Shown here: one piece after another, positions 19,518-28,387 of the stretch
How positions within the stretch are numbered: the stretch's first letter is position 1
How the letters are laid out: every line of letters begins with the position of its first letter
DNA from: an uncultured Candidatus Sumerlaeota bacterium
GTDB lineage: Bacteria > Sumerlaeota > Sumerlaeia > UBA8349
Direction: 5' to 3'
Assembly: GCA_942493245.1 (NCBI GenBank)
Contig: OW818685.1
Location: forward strand, 3,452,389-3,516,388
Length of the DNA: 64,000 bases
Made by a program: the position numbers and the translations under genes
Notes under the pieces: model-generated
The model's database searches: none
Seen by the model: the letters and a program-made list of their open reading frames with translations, nothing else
What the model was told of the DNA's origin: nothing

Positions 19518-20003
19518 ATGATACTGGTGGAAATGGAACTGCGCGAGATTCTGCGAGGCCCCCTGTCGGCCACGATCGTACTGGGCGAGTTGGAGGGAGG
19601 GGATCGCGAGTTTCCGGTGGATATTGATCTCCATGCCGCCACAGCGCTCGAGATGGCAGTAAACGGTGAGCAAACGCCCCGCCCTCTGACACACGATCTC
19701 ATCCTGAACGTCATTCAGGGTCTCAGCGCTTCGCTCAAACGCGTGATCGTGGACGAACTGCGGCTCGACGAATTCGGGCGCGGAACCTTCCACGGCAAAC
19801 TCGATCTCGAAAAGAGCGATCTTTCCACCGTCTGGATAGACAGCCGCCCCAGCGACTCGCTGGTTCTGGCAACCAAACTGGGCGTCCCGATTTTCGTCAA
19901 CGAGGAAGTACTGAATCAAGTGTCCGTCTATCGTATGCCCGAGGATGAAACATCCGCGGGCGAGGACTCCGATCCGCCCTCCGAATCGGAAGATCCCGAA
20001 TAA
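19518..20003 (+). CDS. bifunctional nuclease (BFN/DUF151) family protein
   Basis: 161 aa with a BFN-like core (..REFPVDIDLHAATALEMAVNGEQTPRPLTHDLILNVIQGL..) and an acidic tail. Confidence 0.6.
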   Translation: MILVEMELREILRGPLSATIVLGELEGGDREFPVDIDLHAATALEMAVNGEQTPRPLTHDLILNVIQGLSASLKRVIVDELRLDEFGRGTFHGKLDLEKSDLSTVWIDSRPSDSLVLATKLGVPIFVNEEVLNQVSVYRMPEDETSAGEDSDPPSESEDPE

Positions 20004-20047
20004 ATGCCCGAAGTCGAAACAGCGTCATTGAGGGAGAGGTGTGATCC

Positions 20048-22081
20048 TTGCGGAAATCGAGGTTGGGTTCTCAGGATGCGGGGCAAAAACCGCAGAATCG
20101 TTTCATCGCGAAACTTATTTGTGGACTCTTCGTCTGTCGGGGAAAAAGCCTCCGAACGCTGGCGGGAGGGCTTTTTTTCTGCTTGATCTGCCTGACGGGC
20201 CGAGGGGCCGAATCCCCCACCCCTGCGGGAGAACAAGCGATTCTCGACGCGGCCCGCCCCATGCGGGCCGTCTGGGTGGAAGCCGCGGGGGCAGAATTGC
20301 GTTCCGCTGAAAGCTGCAAGGCGCTTGTGGAACGCCTGCGCAAAGCCAACGTGACGCATATCTTCGTGGAATGCTGCAAGTTCGGACGAGCGCTCTACCC
20401 CTCGAAAATCCTACCGACCCTGAATCCAGAAAACACCACGTTCGACCCGTTAAGCGCCCTGCTGCAGGAAGCCACACGCAAAGACCAGCCACCCCTGCGC
20501 GTGGTCGCCGTGGTGGATCTGCTCACCCTCCACAACACCAAAACGCTCCCCGCCCAGGATGCAAACCACCCCCTGACACAACACTCCGACTGGGTCACCC
20601 GCAGCCGTTCCGGTGAAACACAGGACGCCACGGGCGCGGTGTATTACGATCCGGGCGTTCCCCAACTGACCGAGTATCTGGAATCCATTGTGCGGGAAAT
20701 CGCGAGTCAGTACCCGGTGAACGGGGTCCACTTTGCCGGGTGGCGTTACCCGGAAGCGAACAAAAACTGGGGTTACAACCCGCTGGCCCTGAGCGACTAC
20801 CGCAGGCAGATGCAGTTGAACGATGGGAGCGTGCCCGAGCCGTCCGAACCCCAGTGGATCAGCTGGCGCCAGGAGCGTTTGACCTACCTGCTGGCGCGGC
20901 TCTCAAAAGCGGTTCTGGACACGCGCCCCAACGCTCGCGTGTCGGTTTCCGTCGTCGCCTCGGGCGATCCGCCGGGAGAAAAAACCCCGGGCGAACCGGA
21001 TTTCATGGGGGCTTTGCAGCAGTGGCCCGTCTGGTGCCACCAGGGAGTGGTGCATGCCATTCTGCTGGAAGACTATTACGACCATAAGAGCAACGTCGAG
21101 CGTTTCATCCGCTGGATTGATTTTGCGCAGGGCCGCACCGGCGCGGCCCAACTGATTGTGGGCGTTTCCGGACGCCTGAACCCGGAGTCGGATGTCGTGA
21201 TGCAATTGCGTCTGGCGCTCGGGTTGAAAGCCGTCCACACGCTCCTTTACTCCTACCAGCAACCCGTTCAGGCGCAGGCGGAAGGCTCGGACATCTTTGC
21301 CTTTCTGGGCCGGACGGTCTTCTCTTCTTCGTACGATCCTCCGCCCTACGTCCAGGAAACCATCGAAACCGTCCTTTACCCCAACGGGCAGGTTCTACCG
21401 CCTCCCCCGTCGAAAACCGACATGCAGCCGGTGAGCGTGGCGAGCTCCGTCAATCCAACGGATGTCATCCAGGCGCTTTCCGGATTTCCAGAACCCCTCG
21501 AAGCGCCGTCGGATCGCATGGAGGAAGACCCCGACGCAACAGACACACTGCCGGATCTTCCCTCCTTTTCGTCTGAAGCCCCATCCGAACGGATGGATGC
21601 GGACGATCTCGATGTCAACATCCCCCGGTTAAGAGGTTCGACGCGCCCTGGGACGCCGCGTCCCTCCGCCCGAAAAGGCTCCACGACTCCGCCCGCTTCG
21701 CGCAGCGCGTCCGACGCGTATCTGAAAAGCCGGACCCACGTGGACGCAGCGTGGGCCTTATTGGGAAAACCCCCCACTTCTTCCCGTCCGCCGTTGCGAA
21801 GTGGCAGCCGCGGGGGAAGCGGTGAAACCGTCTCTTCTGAGAAATCCCTGGTGCGCACCCCCACTCCCAAACCGGCGCCGACTCCCCGTGAGACCCGCGT
21901 GATCCTGGACAAAAGCAAACTGGTGGAAATCGTGACCAAACAAGGGGCGCGGTTTCAGGCCGAACTGATCGTTCAGAACTCCCAGTTCACCGTTGTGCGG
22001 CCCTTGATCCGTTCCGGCAGCGCCCGCATCAAGATTCCCAACGCCGAAGTTGTCTCGATCCGCCGGATCAACGCGGAATAA
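20048..22081 (+). CDS. glycoside hydrolase-like family 10 (GHL10/DUF187) domain protein with a long Ser/Pro/Arg-rich C-terminal region
   Basis: 677 aa: an N-terminal hydrophobic segment, then a TIM-barrel-like GHL10 region (..AVWVEAAG.., ..VNGVHFAGWRYPE..), then a low-complexity tail and a small C-terminal domain. The start is a TTG in the ORF track and is uncertain. Confidence 0.6.
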   Translation: MRKSRLGSQDAGQKPQNRFIAKLICGLFVCRGKSLRTLAGGLFFCLICLTGRGAESPTPAGEQAILDAARPMRAVWVEAAGAELRSAESCKALVERLRKANVTHIFVECCKFGRALYPSKILPTLNPENTTFDPLSALLQEATRKDQPPLRVVAVVDLLTLHNTKTLPAQDANHPLTQHSDWVTRSRSGETQDATGAVYYDPGVPQLTEYLESIVREIASQYPVNGVHFAGWRYPEANKNWGYNPLALSDYRRQMQLNDGSVPEPSEPQWISWRQERLTYLLARLSKAVLDTRPNARVSVSVVASGDPPGEKTPGEPDFMGALQQWPVWCHQGVVHAILLEDYYDHKSNVERFIRWIDFAQGRTGAAQLIVGVSGRLNPESDVVMQLRLALGLKAVHTLLYSYQQPVQAQAEGSDIFAFLGRTVFSSSYDPPPYVQETIETVLYPNGQVLPPPPSKTDMQPVSVASSVNPTDVIQALSGFPEPLEAPSDRMEEDPDATDTLPDLPSFSSEAPSERMDADDLDVNIPRLRGSTRPGTPRPSARKGSTTPPASRSASDAYLKSRTHVDAAWALLGKPPTSSRPPLRSGSRGGSGETVSSEKSLVRTPTPKPAPTPRETRVILDKSKLVEIVTKQGARFQAELIVQNSQFTVVRPLIRSGSARIKIPNAEVVSIRRINAE

Positions 22082-22219
22082 CCCCCTCGCGGTGTCATAT
22101 CTCGGAGAGAAAAAATAGTCTCTGGCAGAACCTCTTGCCGGACGTACCAAAGACGCTGGCGGTGGCGCGATTCCTCCGCGCCACCGCCAGTCAGGTGTTG
22201 GAAATATCTTCCAGAGACG

Positions 22220-23521
22220 TCACGTCAGTTTGGTGATGCCGGGCATGGCGACCGGCTCGACGGGCAACGGACCCAGTTCGTACTTCGCCGGCGCGAGGTT
22301 GAGTTTCGAGGCCTTCATGGCCCAGTCCCACTTGACCATGCTTCCCGTGTAGGCGCTCATGCGACCCAGAACGGCCACCATCGTGCTTTCGGCAACCTGC
22401 TCGCCTTCGTTCATCGGCTGGTTTTTGCGGATGCTCTCGATGAGATCCGTGTGCTCCTGCACGTAGGGATTCACGTTCTTACCCTCGTACTTGTAGGGAT
22501 TGGCGCCTTCGATGTAGCCGGAACTCCCGTCCAGATAGAGTACGCCCTTGGTTCCGACCACTCGTTCGGAAACGCGCGAGGCGGGACAATTTTTCATCTG
22601 GCGGCAGAAACTGGTGACCCGCACGTTGTTGGGATACTCGTACTGAATGCTGAAATGGTCGAAGATGTGGCCGCAGTTTTCGGCAACCCGCTGATGGCGT
22701 CCGCCCATGCCGAGGCACTGGACCGGATGCGCGCCGGTGGCCCAGTTCATGATGTCGAGGTTGTGGACATGCTGCTCGACGATGTGGTCGCCCGACAGCC
22801 AGGTGTAGTAGTTCCAGTTGCGGCACTGGTACTCCATGTCGGACCACTCGGGTTTCTTGTCGAGCGGGGTGTAGTAGTCATAGTCGCCCACCCAGTAGGC
22901 TTCGGCGCCCAGAACGGTCCCGATGGCGCCATCCTGCACCCGCTTCATGAACTCGATGTAGTGGTTCTGGTGGCGGCGCTGGGTTCCCGCTACGATGGAG
23001 AGATTCTTCTCCTTGGCCATACGGGCGCTCTCGATCACCGACTTGACGCCCGCCGGGTCCACGGCCACGGGTTTTTCCATGAAGACATGCTTGCCGGCCT
23101 CGACCGCCGCCTTCAGGTGCAGGGCGCGGAATCCGGGAGGCGCGGTCAAAATGACGATATCCACCCCACTGGCGATGACCTTCTGATACGCGTCGAACCC
23201 GACGAACGAGGTCTCGGGTGTGATCTTGTACTTTTCTTTCGCCTTGTCCTTCCACTCGTTCAGGGCGCCATCGAGTTGATCTTTGAACAGATCGCCCGCA
23301 GCCACCACTTCCAGACCCGGCGCCGCGCCCAGGCAATCCATCAGGGCGCCCCGACCGCGCTTGCCGGTTCCGATGATCCCCACCTTCAGGGTGTCCGACC
23401 CGGCGGCAAACACGCTGGCCACCCCCGGCAGGATGCTCGCCATTGAGGCAACCGCCGAGACCTTGACAAAGTTGCGGCGTGTGAGCGAGAGAATACGTTT
23501 CGACGAACGGTTGTGAATCAT
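22220..23521 (-). CDS. Gfo/Idh/MocA family oxidoreductase with Tat signal peptide
   Basis: Twin-arginine motif (LTRRNFVKVSAVAS) and a Rossmann GIIGTGKRG NAD-binding motif. Confidence 0.85.
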   Translation of the reverse strand: MIHNRSSKRILSLTRRNFVKVSAVASMASILPGVASVFAAGSDTLKVGIIGTGKRGRGALMDCLGAAPGLEVVAAGDLFKDQLDGALNEWKDKAKEKYKITPETSFVGFDAYQKVIASGVDIVILTAPPGFRALHLKAAVEAGKHVFMEKPVAVDPAGVKSVIESARMAKEKNLSIVAGTQRRHQNHYIEFMKRVQDGAIGTVLGAEAYWVGDYDYYTPLDKKPEWSDMEYQCRNWNYYTWLSGDHIVEQHVHNLDIMNWATGAHPVQCLGMGGRHQRVAENCGHIFDHFSIQYEYPNNVRVTSFCRQMKNCPASRVSERVVGTKGVLYLDGSSGYIEGANPYKYEGKNVNPYVQEHTDLIESIRKNQPMNEGEQVAESTMVAVLGRMSAYTGSMVKWDWAMKASKLNLAPAKYELGPLPVEPVAMPGITKLT

Positions 23522-23856
23522 GGGTTCTACTTTCCTTTCGTAGTGAACGATAACTAAACGGCTCTACGCCCACTCATTCGGGCGGTCTGCCGGGAACAAC
23601 CTTCTGGAAGAACCTGACACTTGAACCCCGCTCCTGCGCCCTCAACCGGACGGTCCCGGAGTTCTCACGTGATAAGTCTTCGATCCTCAAAATCCGCTTC
23701 ACTTGAAAACACACACTTCTTTAACCAGACAACGCCTCTTAAAGTGCGGCAACCCTTGCACGCAAGTCAAGCAAAAACACCACGGGTTCACGCTCTTCTT
23801 TCTGTCTTTCACCCATTTTTCCGCGTTTTCCCGAAACCACCCACTCTCGGAAAATC

Positions 23857-25863
23857 TCACCGGGATTTCAGAAAACCGGCATCCCTCAAAACCTCGAGCG
23901 CGTCGGGAAGCCCATCCGGCGCACGCGAAACACCCAGTTCATAGACCGGCGCGTGGTCGGCCAGCAGACAACTTTCACGGAAAGCCCGCGCCAATCCACC
24001 CAGCGCCTCGCGCAATGGCTCATAGAGTTGGCCATACCAGCGCGGGGACAGTTCCGCAAGCGCGGCAGTGGGTTTCAACAGCCTGAGAGTCGCCGGACCT
24101 TCCTGAGGTTTTACGACGAAGACCGCCGTGAGCGGAATGCCGACAGGCGCATCCGGTGAAACAGGGGTCTGGAAAAGAGCCTTGTTCCACCTCGAGGCCT
24201 CGAGCGGAACCCGCTCGCCCGCACACATGCTGAAACTGCCCGGATCGAATTGCGTCTTGATGACCGGAAAACCCCGCGAGGCGAGAAACGGCGCGCGCTT
24301 CGAGTCGAAAACCAGGATGTCGTCATCCAGTACGGTCGCTCCCCGGGAGTGCAGCGCGCACGCCAGCGCCGTTTTGCCGGCTCGCGGAGGTCCCAGAAAC
24401 GCAAACGCGTCCTCGTTTCCCATGGCCACACACACCGCGTGGAAAATTGAAAGTCCGCGTTGATACAGCAGGACGGGTAACACCATCTCCGATAACATGA
24501 TGGAGAAATCCATGTTTCCTTCCGGGAGCGGGGTGTCGTACAAAATCTCGCGCCCCGCCCGCACGACGAACAACCCCCGCCCCGGAAACGCCAGATGCGT
24601 CTCATCCTCCGAGACAACCCGGACAAACGTTTTCGTCTCGTGGGGAAATGCGTATTTCAAATCTGCTCGCCGGATTTCCACATCCACACCCGATATTGCG
24701 CACGTGGGTACCCCCGGAAAACACCACTCGCTGTGAATCTGCAATCCATAGCAGAAGTAGGAATACCCGGCCTCCGTTTCCCTGTCCCCAACAGCCCCTT
24801 CCGCCCCGCAACCATCCGGAGTTGCCGTGTCCCCAATGGCAAGGATTTCGGCCTCCTGTTTTTGTATCAACTCCCGGACGCGATCCCGAAAGACAGCCAG
24901 CCCCCCCATGTCCTCCGGCAATCCCTGAAAAAACGCCTCGACAGCCGATGCCCGGCCAGAGAAAAGCTGCGAAGTCACAAAGGACACAAACGCCGTGAGG
25001 AGACGAGGGAACTCCACCGGTTCCAGAAATGCCGGCGCATGCGCCACGGCTTCGCGCAGAAAACGCTGGCCCAGGTTGGCCGCCTCGCCGGCATAGGCGC
25101 GGAACGCGCCATTCAGGGTACACTGCGCATAGGCCAACCCGCGCGCCCGCACGGCTTCTTCGGGCACATCGGACCGCCCGTAGTAGGCGTCCAGCACGCG
25201 TTTGCAGTTCATCATGTACCCGATGTGCAGGGCCGCCGAGCGCTCTTCATACATCCGGTACACGATGAGAACGTCGCGCACCCACGCCATGCGCCGGTTC
25301 GCGTGCGCCAGCCGAATCCAGAAATCGAAATCTTCGGCCAGACGCAATTCCGGATCGAACCACGGCTCGATGCCCTCCAGGGCGGAGCGGCGCAGCATGA
25401 CCCCCGACGGCAGGAAGGAACACCCCATCAGGCAGTTGGTCAACGTCAGTTCGCGCCCGTTCTCCCACGGTCGTATCGTGGCAAACACCTCGCCGGACTC
25501 TCCGGCGAGGTGTCCCCCGCAACCCACCATATCCACATCCGGATGGCTTTCGAGAAACGCCACCTGCTTCGCCAATCGCAGAGGCAACGCCAGGTCGTCG
25601 TCATCGAGCAGGGCGAGATACTTCCCTCTCGCTTCCCTCATGCCGGTATTGCGCGCCTGGCTCCGCTCGCCATGCTCCAGATGCAACACCCGCACCCGCC
25701 GGTCCCGCAAACCGTCCAGGAGCGCCCGCGTCTCGTCCCCAGACCCATCGTTCGCCACGATCAGTTCGAAGTCCTCGAATGTCTGCAGGAGGATACTGCG
25801 GACCGCCTCGGCCAGAAGGCTCGAACGATTGAACGTGGGAATCACGACGCTGACAAGAGGCAT
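23857..25863 (-). CDS. family 2 glycosyltransferase fused to a C-terminal HPr-kinase-like P-loop domain
   Basis: N-terminus VSVVIPTFNRSSLLAEAVRSILLQTFEDFELIVANDGSGDET with an acidic DDDD motif (GT2). C-terminal region has FHAVCVAMGNEDAFAFLGPPRAGKTALACALHSRGATVLDDDILVFD, resembling the HprK C-terminal kinase fold. Confidence 0.7.
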   Translation of the reverse strand: MPLVSVVIPTFNRSSLLAEAVRSILLQTFEDFELIVANDGSGDETRALLDGLRDRRVRVLHLEHGERSQARNTGMREARGKYLALLDDDDLALPLRLAKQVAFLESHPDVDMVGCGGHLAGESGEVFATIRPWENGRELTLTNCLMGCSFLPSGVMLRRSALEGIEPWFDPELRLAEDFDFWIRLAHANRRMAWVRDVLIVYRMYEERSAALHIGYMMNCKRVLDAYYGRSDVPEEAVRARGLAYAQCTLNGAFRAYAGEAANLGQRFLREAVAHAPAFLEPVEFPRLLTAFVSFVTSQLFSGRASAVEAFFQGLPEDMGGLAVFRDRVRELIQKQEAEILAIGDTATPDGCGAEGAVGDRETEAGYSYFCYGLQIHSEWCFPGVPTCAISGVDVEIRRADLKYAFPHETKTFVRVVSEDETHLAFPGRGLFVVRAGREILYDTPLPEGNMDFSIMLSEMVLPVLLYQRGLSIFHAVCVAMGNEDAFAFLGPPRAGKTALACALHSRGATVLDDDILVFDSKRAPFLASRGFPVIKTQFDPGSFSMCAGERVPLEASRWNKALFQTPVSPDAPVGIPLTAVFVVKPQEGPATLRLLKPTAALAELSPRWYGQLYEPLREALGGLARAFRESCLLADHAPVYELGVSRAPDGLPDALEVLRDAGFLKSR

Positions 25864-25986
25864 GGCTTTTTCTCCGGAAAGTCCTGTCTGAGAAGTCGCT
25901 GACGCGGTAAGACCTCAGTTTGTATCAGACGGATACGTCCTATTCGACAGAGGGCAAAAGGCTAACGGAAAATCTTTTTCATCCCC

Positions 25987-27288
25987 TCAGGAAACATCCG
26001 ATTCCAGCGACCAGGCCGAATCCATGTGGATGTGGCCGGGAGAGAAGCGCGACTTTTCCGAAGCCGAGACGGGGACCACGGTGAACCGGATGCCTTCGAT
26101 ACGGTCCACCACCTTCCCCTGGTAATCGAACGGAACCACATCGAGCATGTAACTTCCCGCCAGAAAGGGGTTCCGGGTCTCGATCCGGATGCAGTAATCC
26201 CGCCCCGGCACTCCATCGAAGTAGGAAGTCTCCGTGTGTGTACTGAGCATCGTGGACAACCGCACTCCGTCGGAATTGCGCAAAATGACCACCAGACCAA
26301 ACCGCCGGTCGGCGTTGGAAACCCGGTAGGAAAGGCGCAACGAGAACGGCTCGTCCACCAGGAGCGTATCAGTCCGCACGCCCTGCCGGTTGAGAATTTC
26401 GATGCGGAACACCTCGAACTCGGCCGGGTAAGTCTGGTGCATCGCAGGGGCGATCTCGACGTTGGGCGCCTGGTTGGGCAGCGTGGTCAAGTATTCATCC
26501 ACCACGTCCGCCGCCTCGCCCGCCCGCACCAGCTGTCCCCCTTTCAGGAGCAACGCCTTGCTGCACAACCGGCGGATGGCCTGCATGTTGTGCGAGATGA
26601 ACAGGACTGTCCGGCCATGCCCCACCACGTCCTGGATTTTCCCGAGGCACTTGGCCTGAAACTGGGCATCCCCCACAGCCAGAACCTCGTCCACCATCAA
26701 AATTTCGGACTCCAGGTGCGCCGCCACGGCAAAGGCCAGCCGCACATACATCCCGCTCGAGAACCGCTTGACCGGGGTGTCCAGAAAACGCTCGACCTCT
26801 GAGAACGCGACAATCTCGTCGAATTTCCGGGCGATCTCCGACTTGCGCATCCCCAGAATCGCCCCATTGAGGTAGATGTTCTCACGTCCGGTCAACTCGG
26901 GGTGGAATCCCGTCCCCACTTCGAGCAAAGACCGGACCCGTCCCCGGATCACGGCGCGCCCCTCGGTGGGCCAGGTCACCCGCGACAGAACCTTCATCAG
27001 CGTGGATTTCCCCGCGCCGTTCTGCCCGATGATCCCGAGCACTTCCCCCTTGCGGACCTCGAAACTTACGTCCCGCAATGCCCACAGAATCTCATCGTCA
27101 CCCGTCTTTTTCTCCGAAGCCACGCCCGGCTCTCCAACGGCCGGTGGCCGCACCCACTCCTTGAGACGGCGGCCCGCCTGACGCGGAAGATCCATCACCA
27201 TTTCGCGAAACGAACGCGTCAAATCCACATGGTGGCCCAGGTGGTATTGCTTGCTCAGGTGTTCGGCGGTGATGGCCAGGTCGCTCAT
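25987..27288 (-). CDS. polysaccharide export ABC transporter ATP-binding protein (Wzt/TagH-like) with a C-terminal extra domain
   Basis: Walker A GQNGAGKST, signature FSSGMYVRLAFA, Walker B ILMVDEVLAVGD; about 170 additional C-terminal residues, as in Wzt proteins with a glycan-binding domain. Confidence 0.85.
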   Translation of the reverse strand: MSDLAITAEHLSKQYHLGHHVDLTRSFREMVMDLPRQAGRRLKEWVRPPAVGEPGVASEKKTGDDEILWALRDVSFEVRKGEVLGIIGQNGAGKSTLMKVLSRVTWPTEGRAVIRGRVRSLLEVGTGFHPELTGRENIYLNGAILGMRKSEIARKFDEIVAFSEVERFLDTPVKRFSSGMYVRLAFAVAAHLESEILMVDEVLAVGDAQFQAKCLGKIQDVVGHGRTVLFISHNMQAIRRLCSKALLLKGGQLVRAGEAADVVDEYLTTLPNQAPNVEIAPAMHQTYPAEFEVFRIEILNRQGVRTDTLLVDEPFSLRLSYRVSNADRRFGLVVILRNSDGVRLSTMLSTHTETSYFDGVPGRDYCIRIETRNPFLAGSYMLDVVPFDYQGKVVDRIEGIRFTVVPVSASEKSRFSPGHIHMDSAWSLESDVS

Positions 27289-27306
27289 GTGTCAGGGGTT
27301 TTCCGG

Positions 27307-28179
27307 TCAGATAATATCGGCAAACGTGCGTTCCATTTTCTTGAAATAAAAAAGGCCGGTCACCAGAATCGCCACCGCAACGGGAGTTCCGACGGCCAGA
27401 AGAAACCAGGGCGGGTCGGCCGTGTGTCCCGCCGCGCGAATCGTCTCCGAGAACAGACACCAGCGGAATCCCTCCACCACCCCCGCCATCGGGTTGAGCG
27501 CGTACACGTAGCGAAGCCAGCCATACTCGCGCAACGCGCTGAACGGGAAAATCACCGTGCAGTACATCCAGATCTGCATGATGAAGGGAAGCAGATACCG
27601 GATGTCCCGGTAGCGCACCTGCAGGGCGGAAAAGAGGAACCCCGTTCCCAGCGCCACGATAAAAGCGACGGCCATCAGGACCGGCAGAAACAACGCCATG
27701 ACCCCCACGGGCGTTCCAAAATACCCGAGCAGCGGCCCCAGCAGGACGAACGCGATCGCGAAGTCGAGCAGGCTCGCCAGGCAGGGCACCGTCGGAATAA
27801 TCACGCGCGGGAAATACACTTTGGTCAAAAAAGAGGTATTCGAGAGCAGACTGCCGCTGGACATGGAGAGCGAGTTGGCAAAATACGTCCACGGCAACAG
27901 GTTGACGTAATAAAAAACAGGACCGGGCAGTCCCGACGTGGAGAGGTTGGCCACCTTCTTGAACACAAAGGAAAACACCACCATCTGCAGGAAAGGAACC
28001 AGCACCGCCCACGCCACCCCCAGCAGCGTCTGGCGGTACTTCACCTTCAGGTCGCGCCACGTCAGGAAGAAAAGCAACTCGCCGTACTGCCACAGTTCTT
28101 TCCAGTCCACGCTCAACAGCCCACGCGGCGGCTCGACAATCAGGACCGGTTCTTCGATTTCCCGCGGCAACGATGGCAC
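27307..28179 (-). CDS. ABC-2 type polysaccharide export permease (Wzm/TagG-like)
   Basis: Six predicted transmembrane segments, an ABC-2 permease pattern; 18-bp gap to the downstream ATPase gene. Confidence 0.8.
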   Translation of the reverse strand: MPSLPREIEEPVLIVEPPRGLLSVDWKELWQYGELLFFLTWRDLKVKYRQTLLGVAWAVLVPFLQMVVFSFVFKKVANLSTSGLPGPVFYYVNLLPWTYFANSLSMSSGSLLSNTSFLTKVYFPRVIIPTVPCLASLLDFAIAFVLLGPLLGYFGTPVGVMALFLPVLMAVAFIVALGTGFLFSALQVRYRDIRYLLPFIMQIWMYCTVIFPFSALREYGWLRYVYALNPMAGVVEGFRWCLFSETIRAAGHTADPPWFLLAVGTPVAVAILVTGLFYFKKMERTFADII

Positions 28180-28387
28180 TCGGACGCTCTCACCCTCTGC
28201 AATTTTTGTTGGCTGGAATCGGTTTCACGGTGCCACCGGTATCCTTGACAGCGCGGTTGTTCCTTTTCTCTTCCACCGACTCGATTAGACTCCTCATCCC
28301 CGGCAACACCGTTCTGAGAGTACCTTTCCCCCCTGTCCCTGTCCAGACAATTCCATGTCGGGCAAAACCGAGAAAAGACGGTGTTAC

